NCBI GenBank assembly: GCA_041500125.1
Contig: JBGQLP010000009.1
Coordinates: 2,767-66,766, forward strand
From: Gemmatimonadota bacterium
Lineage (GTDB): Bacteria; Gemmatimonadota; Gemmatimonadetes; Gemmatimonadales; GWC2-71-9
Length of the DNA: 64,000 nt
Direction of reading: 5' to 3'
Of the stretch, positions 1 through 9,829 are shown piece after piece; the stretch's first letter is position 1, and each line of letters opens with the position of its first letter. The position numbers and the translations under genes were made by a program. Under the pieces are notes generated by a model. It did not search any database, was not told the origin of the DNA, and worked only from the letters and a program-made list of their open reading frames with translations.

Positions 1-865
1 AGTGAGCCGTGGCGGCAACCAGCACTGCACCTGCGGGAAGCGGGTCGCCGTAGTCCTGCGCGAGACGGCGGCTGTACTCCTGATAGCCGATGGTGGCGAG
101 CGAGTGATTGGCCAGCGCGCGCTGTACATCCGGGTGCGAGGCGGATTGCCAGAGCAGCTCCCAGAGGTCAATGCTCGCCCTGCCCGGAATGTTCAACAGC
201 TCCCATAGCGACAGCTCGGTCGCAGGGGCGAACGTGCCCCCGGCGAGCCGAACCGGTAGCTCCAGTCCCAGCTCGCCGGCCGCTCCCGCGGCAGCCACTG
301 CGAGATACCGCACGCTTCGGGCAAGCCAGAGCGCCTCGAAGTTGGCGATGGTCCCGCCGGAGGTGAGATGCCCCCAGCTGGTCGCGGGGTCGTATCCGAT
401 CATGCGGGCGAGATCGGCGGCCACTTCCAGCTCGAGCCGGGTGGTGACCGGAGATATTTCGGCGGCGATGTTGTTGGGATTGTACAGCATGGTGGCGAAG
501 TAGCCGATCTGCGACGCAATCGTCTGCTCCGCCACCATATGGCCCTTATACCTGCCGCTGAAGAAGGGAACATCCCGCTTGAGCTCGGCCAGAAGACCCA
601 TGAGCTCCTGAGTCAGGACCGCTACGCTCTCCTCGTAACCTTCCTGTCGCTTGTCGGTTTCCCGAATGGTAAAGCCATCCTCCGGATGATAGTTCCGCCT
701 CCAGAAGACGTGGTCCCGCAGAGCTTCGACCACCAGCCGCTCGAGCAGGTCGGCGTTCTCCGCCCGCGGGCCCAGGAACCAAGCGCGCAGAGCCGCGCCA
801 GCATCCCCGGAGGATGACGCTCTGGGGCGGCCGGCCCGGTGGCGTTCCGACGCCAGGGCGCTCAT
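1..865 (-). CDS. PLP-dependent group II amino-acid decarboxylase (tyrosine decarboxylase-like), partial, runs off left edge
   Basis: Not in the ORF track; translated by hand from ATG 865, which overlaps the upstream TGA: ...WFLGPRAEN...PFFSGRYKGHM...MLYNPNNIAAEISPVTTRLE...WGHLTSGGTIANFEALW. Confidence 0.85.
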   Translation of the reverse strand, partial: MSALASERHRAGRPRASSSGDAGAALRAWFLGPRAENADLLERLVVEALRDHVFWRRNYHPEDGFTIRETDKRQEGYEESVAVLTQELMGLLAELKRDVPFFSGRYKGHMVAEQTIASQIGYFATMLYNPNNIAAEISPVTTRLELEVAADLARMIGYDPATSWGHLTSGGTIANFEALWLARSVRYLAVAAAGAAGELGLELPVRLAGGTFAPATELSLWELLNIPGRASIDLWELLWQSASHPDVQRALANHSLATIGYQEYSRRLAQDYGDPLPAGAVLVAATAH

Positions 866-1929
866 GCTATTCCGGGCTTCTGCACGATCAACGCGGTCAC
901 CATCCCGAACATGCCGTGCTCCGACTCCGCGTGCGGCAGGATGTGACAGTGAAACGCCCAGGTGCCGGGATTGGTGGCCTTTACCAGCACGTCCCACCGC
1001 TCGCCCGGCGCAATGTTCAGGGTGTCGCATTTCCACGGGGCCGGCTGGTCCCAGCCATCTTTGGCGATCACGGTCATATGCATGCCGTGGAGGTGCATCG
1101 GATGGATCATCATGCCCTCGTTCATGAACCGGAGCCGGACGGTCTGACCCTGCTTGCACACGACCGGCTCGGTGGCGGGAAAGCCCTTGCCATTGAGGGT
1201 GTAGCCATGGGAGCCGTCGTTCAGCACCATCACGTAGTCGACATCGGCGCGGTGCGCGGCCATCGGCCGTCTGGGCTCCACGATGAACGCACCCAGCAGT
1301 CCCTGGCCCACTTGCACCGCCGCGTTATGGTGCGAGTGGTACATGTGTGAGCCGGCATTCGGAACCGTGAACTCGTAGGTGTAGGACTCTCCCGGCTTGA
1401 CCGGAGGCTGGGTGATGAACGGCACGCCGTCCTGGTCGTTTGGCAACTCGAGCCCATGGAAATGAATCGCCGTGGACTCCGGCAGTTTATTGGTGAGGTT
1501 CACCCGAACCCGATCGCCTTCACGAACCCGGATTTGCGGGCCGGGAACTTGATGGTTGTAGGCCCATGCCTTCACTCGCCGGCCGGGCTCCACCTCCCAC
1601 TGGATTTCCTCGCAGGTCAGGTCGTATACCTTGACTCCCTTCTCGACTCGGGGATGGAGGAGCTGATTGCCCTTCCCATCCGTCTTCGCGGGAAAGGCCT
1701 TCACGCCTCTTTCGTGCATCGCATCCATGGCGTCGGCCTGGGTCCGGCGCGCGACCGCCGGATCTGCCGGCGGCAGGGAATCTAGTGTCCTGGCGCCGGT
1801 GTTCGCCGCCTTGGTCTCGGCACACGAGCCCAGGCTCGAGACGATAGCCGGCAGTGCGATGGCGGCGGCGGCTCCCCGGCGAAGAAAATCGCGGCGAGCA
1901 GTGCCTGCAGCGTTCCAGGTCTCCGACAC
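862..1929 (-). CDS. Tat-exported two-domain multicopper oxidase (small laccase, type B-like)
   Basis: RRDFL twin-arginine signal; HFHG, YHSH, HPMHLHG and HCHILPH...M motifs; T1 Cys only in domain 2. Confidence 0.9.
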   Translation of the reverse strand: MSETWNAAGTARRDFLRRGAAAAIALPAIVSSLGSCAETKAANTGARTLDSLPPADPAVARRTQADAMDAMHERGVKAFPAKTDGKGNQLLHPRVEKGVKVYDLTCEEIQWEVEPGRRVKAWAYNHQVPGPQIRVREGDRVRVNLTNKLPESTAIHFHGLELPNDQDGVPFITQPPVKPGESYTYEFTVPNAGSHMYHSHHNAAVQVGQGLLGAFIVEPRRPMAAHRADVDYVMVLNDGSHGYTLNGKGFPATEPVVCKQGQTVRLRFMNEGMMIHPMHLHGMHMTVIAKDGWDQPAPWKCDTLNIAPGERWDVLVKATNPGTWAFHCHILPHAESEHGMFGMVTALIVQKPGIA

Positions 1930-1974
1930 GGGATCCTCGGGCGTATGAGTGACGTGTAGCGGGGGGATGATGCA

Positions 1975-2028
1975 ACTCTATTCCCGGCTCGTGAAGCCTG
2001 TGTGGGGGAAGTATGAAGCTTGCTTCAT
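1975..2028 (-). promoter_or_regulatory. CTTCA-box array plus -10 for the multicopper oxidase/decarboxylase operon
   Basis: TGAAG at 1992 and 2014 (22 bp apart); palindrome ATGAAGCTTGCTTCAT at 2013-2028; TAGAGT (minus) at 1980-1975. Confidence 0.65.
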
Positions 2029-2053
2029 GGATGGGGTAGCGGTTCTTTCTCTC

Positions 2054-2536
2054 TCAGTCCCGTTCCACCGACTTGGATCCCTGCACTCCTGGGGCACCCG
2101 CTCGAAGCTCGGCATGCCGAATGGGCCCTCCGGTCCAAGCCGCAAGACCGAACAGCCCAGAGCTGACGATCAGTCCCAGGAGCACCAGCACCGAGAGGAC
2201 GCGCGTGCGGCGGGGCCTGTGCCTCTCTCCCCACAAGGCGAGGGCGGCCAACGCTCCGGTTGCGAGCACGGCGATCAGTCCAACCTTGGCATTTTCCTCA
2301 TGATCCTCTATGGTTGCCTTCTCAACCCCGATCATATCCTCGACCTGTTCCTCTGCCGGTTCTCCGGTCAGATAGACCGGTACCGTCAACACCGCCAGGA
2401 CTACCGTAGCCCACAGGGTGGTCCGGATCAGGCTGGGTGAGCTGCGTATCAGCCCCACTGCCAGGAGCAATACGAGCAGGACGGTACCCAGGACGGGAAT
2501 GTGGTTCGCCATCAGGTGGATATGGGCCCAGTTCAT
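2054..2536 (-). CDS. 4-TM membrane protein with conserved-looking His residues (DUF2231-like, possible heme b binding)
   Basis: HIHLMANHIP, IEDHEE, IRHAE; hydrophobic helices; SD GAGGAG. Confidence 0.7.
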   Translation of the reverse strand: MNWAHIHLMANHIPVLGTVLLVLLLAVGLIRSSPSLIRTTLWATVVLAVLTVPVYLTGEPAEEQVEDMIGVEKATIEDHEENAKVGLIAVLATGALAALALWGERHRPRRTRVLSVLVLLGLIVSSGLFGLAAWTGGPIRHAELRAGAPGVQGSKSVERD

Positions 2537-2572
2537 GTGGTGCTCCTCTCGTTCGCGCCGTATCGCTCTCCC

Positions 2573-2617
2573 AGTTTACACTGCGGTTTGTGAAGAAGCT
2601 CTGACCCAACTGTGAAG
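2573..2617 (-). promoter_or_regulatory. CTTCA-box array plus -10
   Basis: TGAAG/TGACC/TGAAG at 2591/2602/2613; TAAACT (minus) at 2578-2573. Confidence 0.7.
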
Positions 2618-2632
2618 GTCACGTTTGGAGCG

Positions 2633-5344
2633 ATGACCAGCTCAAAACCCTCGGTGTCCTGGCACTCCCTCGCGGCCGCGGAAACCCTGGCCGTCTTGGA
2701 CTCACGACCGGATGGACTGAGTCCGGCAGAAGCCGGGGAACGTCTCGCCCGTTATGGCCCCAATCAGTTTCAAGTGTCCCGCCCAGTATCGGCCTGGACC
2801 GTGCTCCTTGGCCAGCTGCGCAGCGTCATCGTGTTGCTGCTCGGCGCCGCCGGGATGGTCGCGTTCTATACCGGTGATGTCTTGGACGGCGCGGCCATCA
2901 TTGCGGTCCTCGTCCTCAATGTCGGGATCGGTTTTGCCACGGAGCTCCAGGCCCGCCGGGCCATGGCCGCTCTCCTGGCACTCGAGGTAGCCCGAGCCAG
3001 AGTGATCCGGGGAGGCCAGTTGATGGACATCGAAGCGCCCAACCTGGTCCCCGGTGATGTGCTGGAGGTCGCTGCAGGAGACGCCGTGCCTGCCGATGCC
3101 CGATTGCTCGAAGCCATCGAGCTGCGCACGCTGGAAGCGTCACTGACCGGCGAACCGATGCCGGCAGAAAAGGTGGCGGACGCAAAGCTCCATGGTGATG
3201 CCCCGCTGGCAGACCGGACCTCGATGATCTACAAGGCGACCACAGTCGTGGCGGGTCGCGGCCGCGCGGTGGTGGTGGCGACGGGAATGGCCACGGAGGT
3301 CGGCCGTATCGGTGCTTTGGTCAGCGGAATACCTGAGGAGCAAACCCCTCTCGAACGGCGGCTCGACGCGCTGGGCCGACGCCTGGTCGCAGTGGCCCTT
3401 GCCGTCGCCGGGCTGGTCGCCTGGCTCGGTATGCGTCAGGGAATGGCCGTCGGCGAGCTGCTCCAATCCGCGCTCGCCCTCGCCGTCGCCGCCGTCCCTG
3501 AGGGACTTCCCGTTGTCGCCACGATCGCGATGGCCGTGGGGGTCCGGCGGATGGCGCGCCGGCGGGCACTAATCCGGCACCTGCCGGTGGTCGAAACCCT
3601 GGGCTCGGCGACCACCATCTGCACCGATAAGACGGGCACTCTCACCGCCGGCGAGATGACGGCGACCGTAATCCAGCTGGACAATCTCGAGGTGTCGATC
3701 ACCGGAGCCGGTTATGCGCCCGAGGGTGAGTTTCGAGTCAAGGATGGCCGTATCGACCCCCTCGCCGATCCCCGGCTCGAGGCGGCGATCCGGATCTGCG
3801 CCCTGTCGATCAGGGGCGGGGTAAGCCGCGTGGGAGACTCCTGGGCCGCCGTGGGTGATCCGACCGAAGCCGCGCTTGCGGCCCTGGTGGGAAAGGCCGG
3901 ATTGAGCCGCTCTACGCTGCTTGCCGAATGGCCGCAGGTAGGGGAAGTGCCGTTCACCAGCGAACGGATGTTCATGGCCAGCTTTCACCGCACGCCATCC
4001 GGCCTTCTGGCCTGCGTAAAGGGGGCGCCCAGACGGGTACTCCAGCTCAGCAGCCGGGTTCTCACGAACAGCGGTTCCGGGGAGTTGGACGACCCGCAGC
4101 GCCAGCTGCTCCTCAACTGGAACAGCCGGCTCGCTGCCCGAGGATTGCGGGTGTTGGCACTGGCCCAGAAGCAAGTATCCAGTGCCGACGAGGCTGCGCT
4201 GGGCGGACTGACCTGGGTCGCACTGGTGGGCTTGAGTGATCCTCCAGCGCCGGGCGTCCGCGAGACTATCGCCACGTTCAGAGGCGCGGGGATCCGGACC
4301 GTCATGCTCACAGGGGATCAGCGCCTCACCGCCGAACGGATCGCGGAGGAGCTCGGGCTCCGCTCGCCGGGAGACACGATTCTCGATGGCAGTGAGATCG
4401 ACCGCCTGTCGGATCCGGAGCTTCGCGATAGGGTGCAGCGGACGGCAGGATACAGCCGAGTCAGCCCCGAGGCCAAACTGCGAATCATCAGCGCCTACCA
4501 GGCGTGCGGTGAGGTCGTGGCGATGCTGGGAGATGGGGTGAATGACGCAGCCGCGCTGAGGAAGGCGGATATCGGCGTCGCCATGGGCAGGCGGGGCACC
4601 GACATGGCCAAGGAGGCCGCCGATCTCATTCTGGAGGACGATCAGTTTCCCACGATCGCGGTGGCGGTGGAAGAGGGGCGGGTCGTCTTTGACAACATTC
4701 GGAAATTCGTGTTCTATCTTTTCAGCTGCAACCTGGCCGAGATACTGGTGCTCCTCGGCGCGGGGGCAGGGGGATTTCCTCTGCCGCTGCTTCCGCTGCA
4801 GATCCTGTGGCTCAACCTGCTGACCGATACCGTCCCGGCCCTCGCGCTCGCGGTGGAGCCGGCTGAACCCGAAATCATGCGGCAACCACCCCGCAACCCA
4901 CGGGAGGCAATTCTCTCGGCCCCGATGATCAAATCGATCCTCGGCTACGCGCTGCTCATCAGTGGGTGCACCCTCCTGGCCTTCTGGTGGGGACTCACGC
5001 ACTCACTGCACAGCACGCTCCACGCCACCACCCTGGCCTTCATGACGCTGGCCTTTGCCCAGATCTTTCATCTGGGCAACGCACGCAGCGCATCTCCGGT
5101 ACTGGCTCCAGCCCGAGTAGCCAGCAACCGCTTTGCCCTCCTTGCGGTGGTGATCACTGGTGGGTTGCAAGCCCTCGCGGTCAGCCTGCCCCCACTGGCT
5201 CACACGCTACGGCTATCTCCGCTGCGACTCGAGGATTGGGCGATGGTGCTGAGCCTGGCGGCCATCCCAGCGGTACTGGGACAAGGGATCAAAGTGTTCA
5301 GGAGGGCCGCCACCGCTTCGCCTTCTCACTTTAGCGTGTCGTGA
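2633..5344 (+). CDS. P-type IIA cation-transporting ATPase (CtpF/PacL-like)
   Basis: [32 protein letters not shown]; ATG 2633 after GGAG preferred to GTG 2612. Confidence 0.92.
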   Translation: MTSSKPSVSWHSLAAAETLAVLDSRPDGLSPAEAGERLARYGPNQFQVSRPVSAWTVLLGQLRSVIVLLLGAAGMVAFYTGDVLDGAAIIAVLVLNVGIGFATELQARRAMAALLALEVARARVIRGGQLMDIEAPNLVPGDVLEVAAGDAVPADARLLEAIELRTLEASLTGEPMPAEKVADAKLHGDAPLADRTSMIYKATTVVAGRGRAVVVATGMATEVGRIGALVSGIPEEQTPLERRLDALGRRLVAVALAVAGLVAWLGMRQGMAVGELLQSALALAVAAVPEGLPVVATIAMAVGVRRMARRRALIRHLPVVETLGSATTICTDKTGTLTAGEMTATVIQLDNLEVSITGAGYAPEGEFRVKDGRIDPLADPRLEAAIRICALSIRGGVSRVGDSWAAVGDPTEAALAALVGKAGLSRSTLLAEWPQVGEVPFTSERMFMASFHRTPSGLLACVKGAPRRVLQLSSRVLTNSGSGELDDPQRQLLLNWNSRLAARGLRVLALAQKQVSSADEAALGGLTWVALVGLSDPPAPGVRETIATFRGAGIRTVMLTGDQRLTAERIAEELGLRSPGDTILDGSEIDRLSDPELRDRVQRTAGYSRVSPEAKLRIISAYQACGEVVAMLGDGVNDAAALRKADIGVAMGRRGTDMAKEAADLILEDDQFPTIAVAVEEGRVVFDNIRKFVFYLFSCNLAEILVLLGAGAGGFPLPLLPLQILWLNLLTDTVPALALAVEPAEPEIMRQPPRNPREAILSAPMIKSILGYALLISGCTLLAFWWGLTHSLHSTLHATTLAFMTLAFAQIFHLGNARSASPVLAPARVASNRFALLAVVITGGLQALAVSLPPLAHTLRLSPLRLEDWAMVLSLAAIPAVLGQGIKVFRRAATASPSHFSVS

Positions 5345-5781
5345 TGCTCGGCATGATCCCCGCTGTCCGCGGCAGGCGACTGCCCCGAAGTTGTGTCAGA
5401 CCCGCTCGGCTGCATGTTCTGCATCATCCCCTGGCGTCCTCCGCCTCCCTGTTCCATCATGCCACCGGCCTGCATCATTTCTGTCATATACGCGTGCATC
5501 TGCCTCCGCTGGGCCACCATCTGGTTGATCACCGCCGCCATCGCCGGGACTTTCTTGCTCCCCGAGCTCTGGTTCATCTGACTGACGAGCCGGTCGAGAC
5601 GGGCGTCGGACTCCTGGATCTTCTGCATCATCATCTGGCGATTCATCTGCATCTGGCGATTCATCTGCGGACCTGGCATGGCCTTGGTCGAGTCACCGTA
5701 GTGCCGGCCCGGTTGTTGAGCCGACGCTCCGCCGGCCAGCAGGAGCGAGCAAGCGAGTGAGAATACAGCCGATCGTATCAT
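5326..5781 (-). CDS. Secreted Met/His-rich protein (possible copper-binding)
   Basis: Signal peptide ending ASA-Q; QMNRQM repeats; C-terminal DHAEHH; ATG 5781 after GAGAGG. Confidence 0.65.
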   Translation of the reverse strand: MIRSAVFSLACSLLLAGGASAQQPGRHYGDSTKAMPGPQMNRQMQMNRQMMMQKIQESDARLDRLVSQMNQSSGSKKVPAMAAVINQMVAQRRQMHAYMTEMMQAGGMMEQGGGGRQGMMQNMQPSGSDTTSGQSPAADSGDHAEHHDTLK

Positions 5782-5809
5782 ACAGAGCCTCTCGGTCAAA
5801 GTCTCCGAC

Positions 5810-8266
5810 TCAGCATTCCGCCGGCCCGGCGGCGATTCGCGTCGCGACCTTGGCCAACGAGTCGGGATTGAGTGAAATGGAATCTATACCTAACTGAACC
5901 AGGTATTCCGCGAACTCGGGATAATCACTGGGTGCCTGCCCGCAGATACCCACCCGGCGGCCCTTCTTGTGCGCGGCTGCGATGACCATTTGAATCAGCC
6001 GCTTCACGCCCAGGTCCCGTTCGTCGAAGAGATGGGCGAGTAGCTCGGAGTCCCGGTCAACCCCGAGCGCAAGCTGGGTGAGGTCGTTGGAGCCGATGGA
6101 GAACCCATCGAATAGGTCGCTGAACTCCTCGGCCAGGATCACGTTGTTCGGGATTTCACACATGACGTAGACCTCGAGGCCGTGCTGCCCTCGGATCAGG
6201 CCGTTCTCCGCCATCTCGCGCAACACCCGCCGTCCTTCCTCGAGGGTCCGGCAGAAGGGCACCATCACCTTGACGTTGGTGAGGCCCATCTCCTCCCGCA
6301 CCCGCCAGATTGCAGCGCACTCCAGCGCAAAGGCGTCGCGGTAGCGTTCGTCGTAATAGCGGGACGCGCCCCGAAATCCGATCATCGGGTTGGACTCAAC
6401 CGGCTCGAACGCGCTCCCACCGAGGAGTCCGGCATATTCGTTGGTCTTGAAGTCGGAGAACCGGACAATTACCGGCCGGGGGTAAAAGGCCGCCGCGATC
6501 TGAGCCAGCCCCATGGTCAGGCGGCTGATGAAGAACTCCCAGGCGGGACGCAGGTCCCCGATCCGCTGCCGGATCTCAGCCAGCGCCTGCGGATCCGTGA
6601 CCCGCTCGGGATGGAGCAGCGCCATGGGATGAATGCCGATCCAGTTCGACACTATGAACTCGATGCGAGCCAACCCGACCCCCTCCGTCGGCAGCTGAGC
6701 CAGATAGAAGGCGCGCTCCGGGTTGGCCAGGTTGAGCATCAAGGGTACCGCGGGTGTGGGCAGGGTCGCGGGGTCGATTTCTTCACGGTCAAAAGGCACG
6801 ATGCCGGCGTACACCTTCCCGTCGTCTCCTTCAGCACAGGAGATGGTCACCTCCTGGCCATCCGTCAGGGTGTGGGTCGCCCGGACGGTGCCCACGACAC
6901 ACGGTATTCCCAATTCACGGGCAACGATGGCGGCATGACAGGTCCGGCCTCCTTCGTCGGTAACCACCGCCGCGGCTGCCTTCAGCACCGGCTCCCAGTC
7001 AGGATCGGTCATCGGTGCCACCAGAACCTCGCCGGGGCGAAACGCGCTCAACTCCTCGGCAGAGTGGATGACCCGTACCCGCCCGCTCGTCACCCGGTTG
7101 CCCACGGCCTGACCGGTCAGCAGCACCTCGCCCGCGCCCTGGCGGCGGAAGAACTCGAGCTTCGGACGAGTGACCTGGGAGTGAACGGTCTCCGGCCGAG
7201 CCTGGAGGATGAACAGCTCGCCGGTGTGACCATCTTTGGCCCACTCGATATCCATCGGGGTGGGACGTCCAGCCCGCTCGGAGTAGTGATCTTCGATGGC
7301 GAGGGACCAGTGAGCGAGGGTCAAGACGTCGTCGTCACTCAGCACCGCGCGCCGGCGGTCCCGCCGGGGCACCCGGACCTCTTTCACCGTCTTCGCGCTT
7401 TCCTCGGCATACACCAGCTTCACCGCCTTCTCCGGCACCTCCCGGCGGATGATGGACCGGTGTCCCGCACGAAGCGTCGGCTTGTGGACCCAGAACTCAT
7501 CCGGCCGTACTCGTCCCTGGACCACCGTTTCGCCCAGACCCCAGGCGCCGGTGATGAGGATTACATCGCGGAATCCGCTTTCCGTATCCAGCGTGAAGAT
7601 CACCCCGGCCGAGCCGAGGTCGCTGCGGACCATCTTCTGAACGCCGACCGACAGGGCCACGTCACGGTGAGCGAACCCGCGCTGAGCGCGATAGACGATG
7701 GCGCGGTCGGTGAAGAGGGACGCCATGCAGCCGCGAATCGACCGGTCCAGCGCCTCGCGGCCTCGGATGTTCAGAAAGGTCTCCTGCTGTCCCGCGAACG
7801 AGGCGCTCGGCAGGTCCTCCGCGGTTGCGCTGGAGCGAACCGCCACGTCGGTGCCTTCATCGTTCGAACCGGCGGAGAGTGCGGTGTAGGCCGCGTCGAC
7901 CGCCGCGGCCACCGGTGCCGGGAGCGGGGCGCCCGCGATCCGGGCGCGGATAGAGCGAGCCGCCGATGCCAGTGCGGTAATATCCGTAACATCGAGATGA
8001 TCCAGCTCGGCATAGATGGCGGAATCCAGTCCCGCTTCCTTCAGATGGAGTCGGAAGGCGTCGGACGTCAGAGCAAAGCCGTCGGGTATCCGGATTCCTT
8101 TCGGCGCCAACGCTCCGATCATCTCGCCCAGAGACGCGTTCTTGCCCCCGACCCGCGGCAAATCGTCCAGATTGAGCTTGCTAAACGGTACGACGTACTC
8201 AGGCACCGTGCTCGGCTCGGACTTCGAGATCTGCCGGCCCTGAATGGCCACAGTGGCGTGTCCCAT
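5810..8266 (-). CDS. ppsA: Phosphoenolpyruvate synthase (pyruvate, water dikinase)
   Basis: VGGKNASLGE, AVRSSATAEDLP, GGRTCHAAI phospho-His, SIGSNDLTQ, ICGQAPSD. Confidence 0.96.
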   Translation of the reverse strand: MGHATVAIQGRQISKSEPSTVPEYVVPFSKLNLDDLPRVGGKNASLGEMIGALAPKGIRIPDGFALTSDAFRLHLKEAGLDSAIYAELDHLDVTDITALASAARSIRARIAGAPLPAPVAAAVDAAYTALSAGSNDEGTDVAVRSSATAEDLPSASFAGQQETFLNIRGREALDRSIRGCMASLFTDRAIVYRAQRGFAHRDVALSVGVQKMVRSDLGSAGVIFTLDTESGFRDVILITGAWGLGETVVQGRVRPDEFWVHKPTLRAGHRSIIRREVPEKAVKLVYAEESAKTVKEVRVPRRDRRRAVLSDDDVLTLAHWSLAIEDHYSERAGRPTPMDIEWAKDGHTGELFILQARPETVHSQVTRPKLEFFRRQGAGEVLLTGQAVGNRVTSGRVRVIHSAEELSAFRPGEVLVAPMTDPDWEPVLKAAAAVVTDEGGRTCHAAIVARELGIPCVVGTVRATHTLTDGQEVTISCAEGDDGKVYAGIVPFDREEIDPATLPTPAVPLMLNLANPERAFYLAQLPTEGVGLARIEFIVSNWIGIHPMALLHPERVTDPQALAEIRQRIGDLRPAWEFFISRLTMGLAQIAAAFYPRPVIVRFSDFKTNEYAGLLGGSAFEPVESNPMIGFRGASRYYDERYRDAFALECAAIWRVREEMGLTNVKVMVPFCRTLEEGRRVLREMAENGLIRGQHGLEVYVMCEIPNNVILAEEFSDLFDGFSIGSNDLTQLALGVDRDSELLAHLFDERDLGVKRLIQMVIAAAHKKGRRVGICGQAPSDYPEFAEYLVQLGIDSISLNPDSLAKVATRIAAGPAEC

Positions 8267-8288
8267 TTCATCGATCCTCCTCGAATGA

Positions 8289-8332
8289 AATGTGACCTGC
8301 CATAGTGAAGGGGATATGAAGGCGAAAGGAAG
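8289..8332 (-). promoter_or_regulatory. CTTCA-box array upstream of ppsA
   Basis: TGAAG/TGAAG/GGAAG at 8306/8317/8328; CACATT (minus) at 8294-8289. Confidence 0.7.
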
Positions 8333-8344
8333 GTCTCTGAATTT

Positions 8345-9310
8345 TTACCTTGGCCCGGATAGCAGCCGCACTATCTCCCGGGTCCCAAGCAGGAAGACCG
8401 CCAGAGCCAGGGGAAGCAGGAAGTAGATGATGCGGTAGGCCACCAGGGCTCCCACCACTGCAGCCGGAGGCATGGTGGAGGAGAGCGATGCTAGCATGAC
8501 CGCCTCGAACACTCCGAGGCCGCCGGGAAGCTGAGCGATGAGAGCGGCTATCTGGCCGAGGAGAAAGACCCCGAAGAACGCCGGATACGACAGCGAGTGT
8601 CTACTGGATAGGAGAACGAAGAGAGCGGCTCCAGAGAGGAGCCAGTCCGCCAGAGAAACCCCGATCTGCCGGAGTGAGGTGGAGAGTGGCGGGGGGGTGA
8701 ACGCCCACTTCCCTACCCCCAGCCGCCCACCTCGCCTGCTCCACGCCAGGTATCCGACCACCAGTGCGGCTGCGGCCAGTCCCAGCGGCCGCGTCGAACG
8801 GAAGGGCAAACCGAGGAGACCCGGCACCGCTTCAGGATAGAGAGTGAATGCCAATGCCGCCGCGGTCACTAGTCCGAGCGAGTAGGTCAGGACATTGAGG
8901 AGCACCAGCGAGGCCGTATCCGCGCCGGAGACTCCCCACCCCGAGTACAGCCGGTAGCGAACCGATCCACCGACAAGGAAGGCAAGCGGAATGTTGTTGG
9001 CCAGGGCATAGCCGACAAAGGAGGCGAAGAACACCCGCCGCCGGGGCAGCGCCAGGCCGAGATGCTGCAGAGCGAGGAGATCGTACCCCGTAAGGGCCCC
9101 GTAGCCCAGGGTGGTGAGGAGGAGCGCTCCACCCAGGCGCACCGGACGGATGGAGCGCAGCTCGCGGACGACATCCTGAAAGGTGACTCTCTGTAGCTCG
9201 TGCCGAAGCACCCACAGCGCCCCAAGAAAGAGGCCCAGCCCCAGGATCGAGCCGAGCAGGCGAACCAGGCGGCTGCGGCCTTTGGCCTGGCGATGTTTGG
9301 CTGACGGCAT
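8345..9310 (-). CDS. MprF-type flippase / lysylphosphatidylglycerol synthase TM domain (UPF0104), without synthase domain
   Basis: LTGYDLLAL, GGSVRYRLYSGWG, PGGLGVFEA, AYRIIYFLLP; ATG 9310 has an SD. Confidence 0.85.
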   Translation of the reverse strand: MPSAKHRQAKGRSRLVRLLGSILGLGLFLGALWVLRHELQRVTFQDVVRELRSIRPVRLGGALLLTTLGYGALTGYDLLALQHLGLALPRRRVFFASFVGYALANNIPLAFLVGGSVRYRLYSGWGVSGADTASLVLLNVLTYSLGLVTAAALAFTLYPEAVPGLLGLPFRSTRPLGLAAAALVVGYLAWSRRGGRLGVGKWAFTPPPLSTSLRQIGVSLADWLLSGAALFVLLSSRHSLSYPAFFGVFLLGQIAALIAQLPGGLGVFEAVMLASLSSTMPPAAVVGALVAYRIIYFLLPLALAVFLLGTREIVRLLSGPR

Positions 9311-9352
9311 GATCTCCCAAGCTGCACGACTGGTGCACGATCGGGAAGAAGC

Positions 9353-9397
9353 CTTCATACAAGCTTCACCTTCGATTCAGCGCGGGACCGGCAGCTT
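9353..9397 (+). promoter_or_regulatory. CTTCA-box array upstream of CBS gene
   Basis: CTTCA/CTTCA/ATTCA at 9353/9364/9375; CAGCTT at 9392. Confidence 0.7.
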
Positions 9398-9427
9398 GCG
9401 AGCATCCTCCTTCCGAGCAGAGTTACC

Positions 9428-9829
9428 ATGAAAGTAGCCGAGCTGATGCAGACCGATGTGCAGACGGTTCGTCCCGACGCCGTGGTGAACGACGCGGTGG
9501 TCAGCCTCGCTGAATCCCATATCACGGGATTGCCCGTGGTGGACGGGCGCGGGCACCTCGTGGGAGTCATTTCCACAACCGACATCCTGGCATCGGAGGA
9601 AGAAGTGGAGGACCAGGCGGCGCGAGAAGCGCTGTTCGAGGAGACGTTCGTGCGGGACCTCATGACCCCGCGACCCCTGACCATCGCTCCGGACGCGACC
9701 GTCAAGGAAGCCGCCCAGGAAATGCTCTACGGGGACGTTCACCGGCTCTTCGTCGTAGACGGGGGACGAGTCGTCGGCGTGATTTCCACGACCGATATCG
9801 TGCGTGCGGTCGCCACTGGCCAGCTGTAA
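9428..9829 (+). CDS. CBS-pair protein
   Basis: Two CBS repeats (GLPVVD..LVGVISTTDI; RLFVVD..VVGVISTTDI). Confidence 0.92.
   Translation: MKVAELMQTDVQTVRPDAVVNDAVVSLAESHITGLPVVDGRGHLVGVISTTDILASEEEVEDQAAREALFEETFVRDLMTPRPLTIAPDATVKEAAQEMLYGDVHRLFVVDGGRVVGVISTTDIVRAVATGQL

Noticed and set aside
862-1929. Copper nitrite reductase NirK
   Set aside because: The T1 Cys is in domain 2 and trinuclear HxH motifs are present, which fits a two-domain MCO
5632-5667. 18-nt tandem repeat
   Set aside because: Coding repeat (QMNRQM twice) in the Met-rich protein
6182-8305. Long antisense ORFs (707 aa here; also 3569-5002, 26922-28271, 61965-63986)
   Set aside because: Shadow frames opposite clear genes, as expected in high-GC DNA; no motifs
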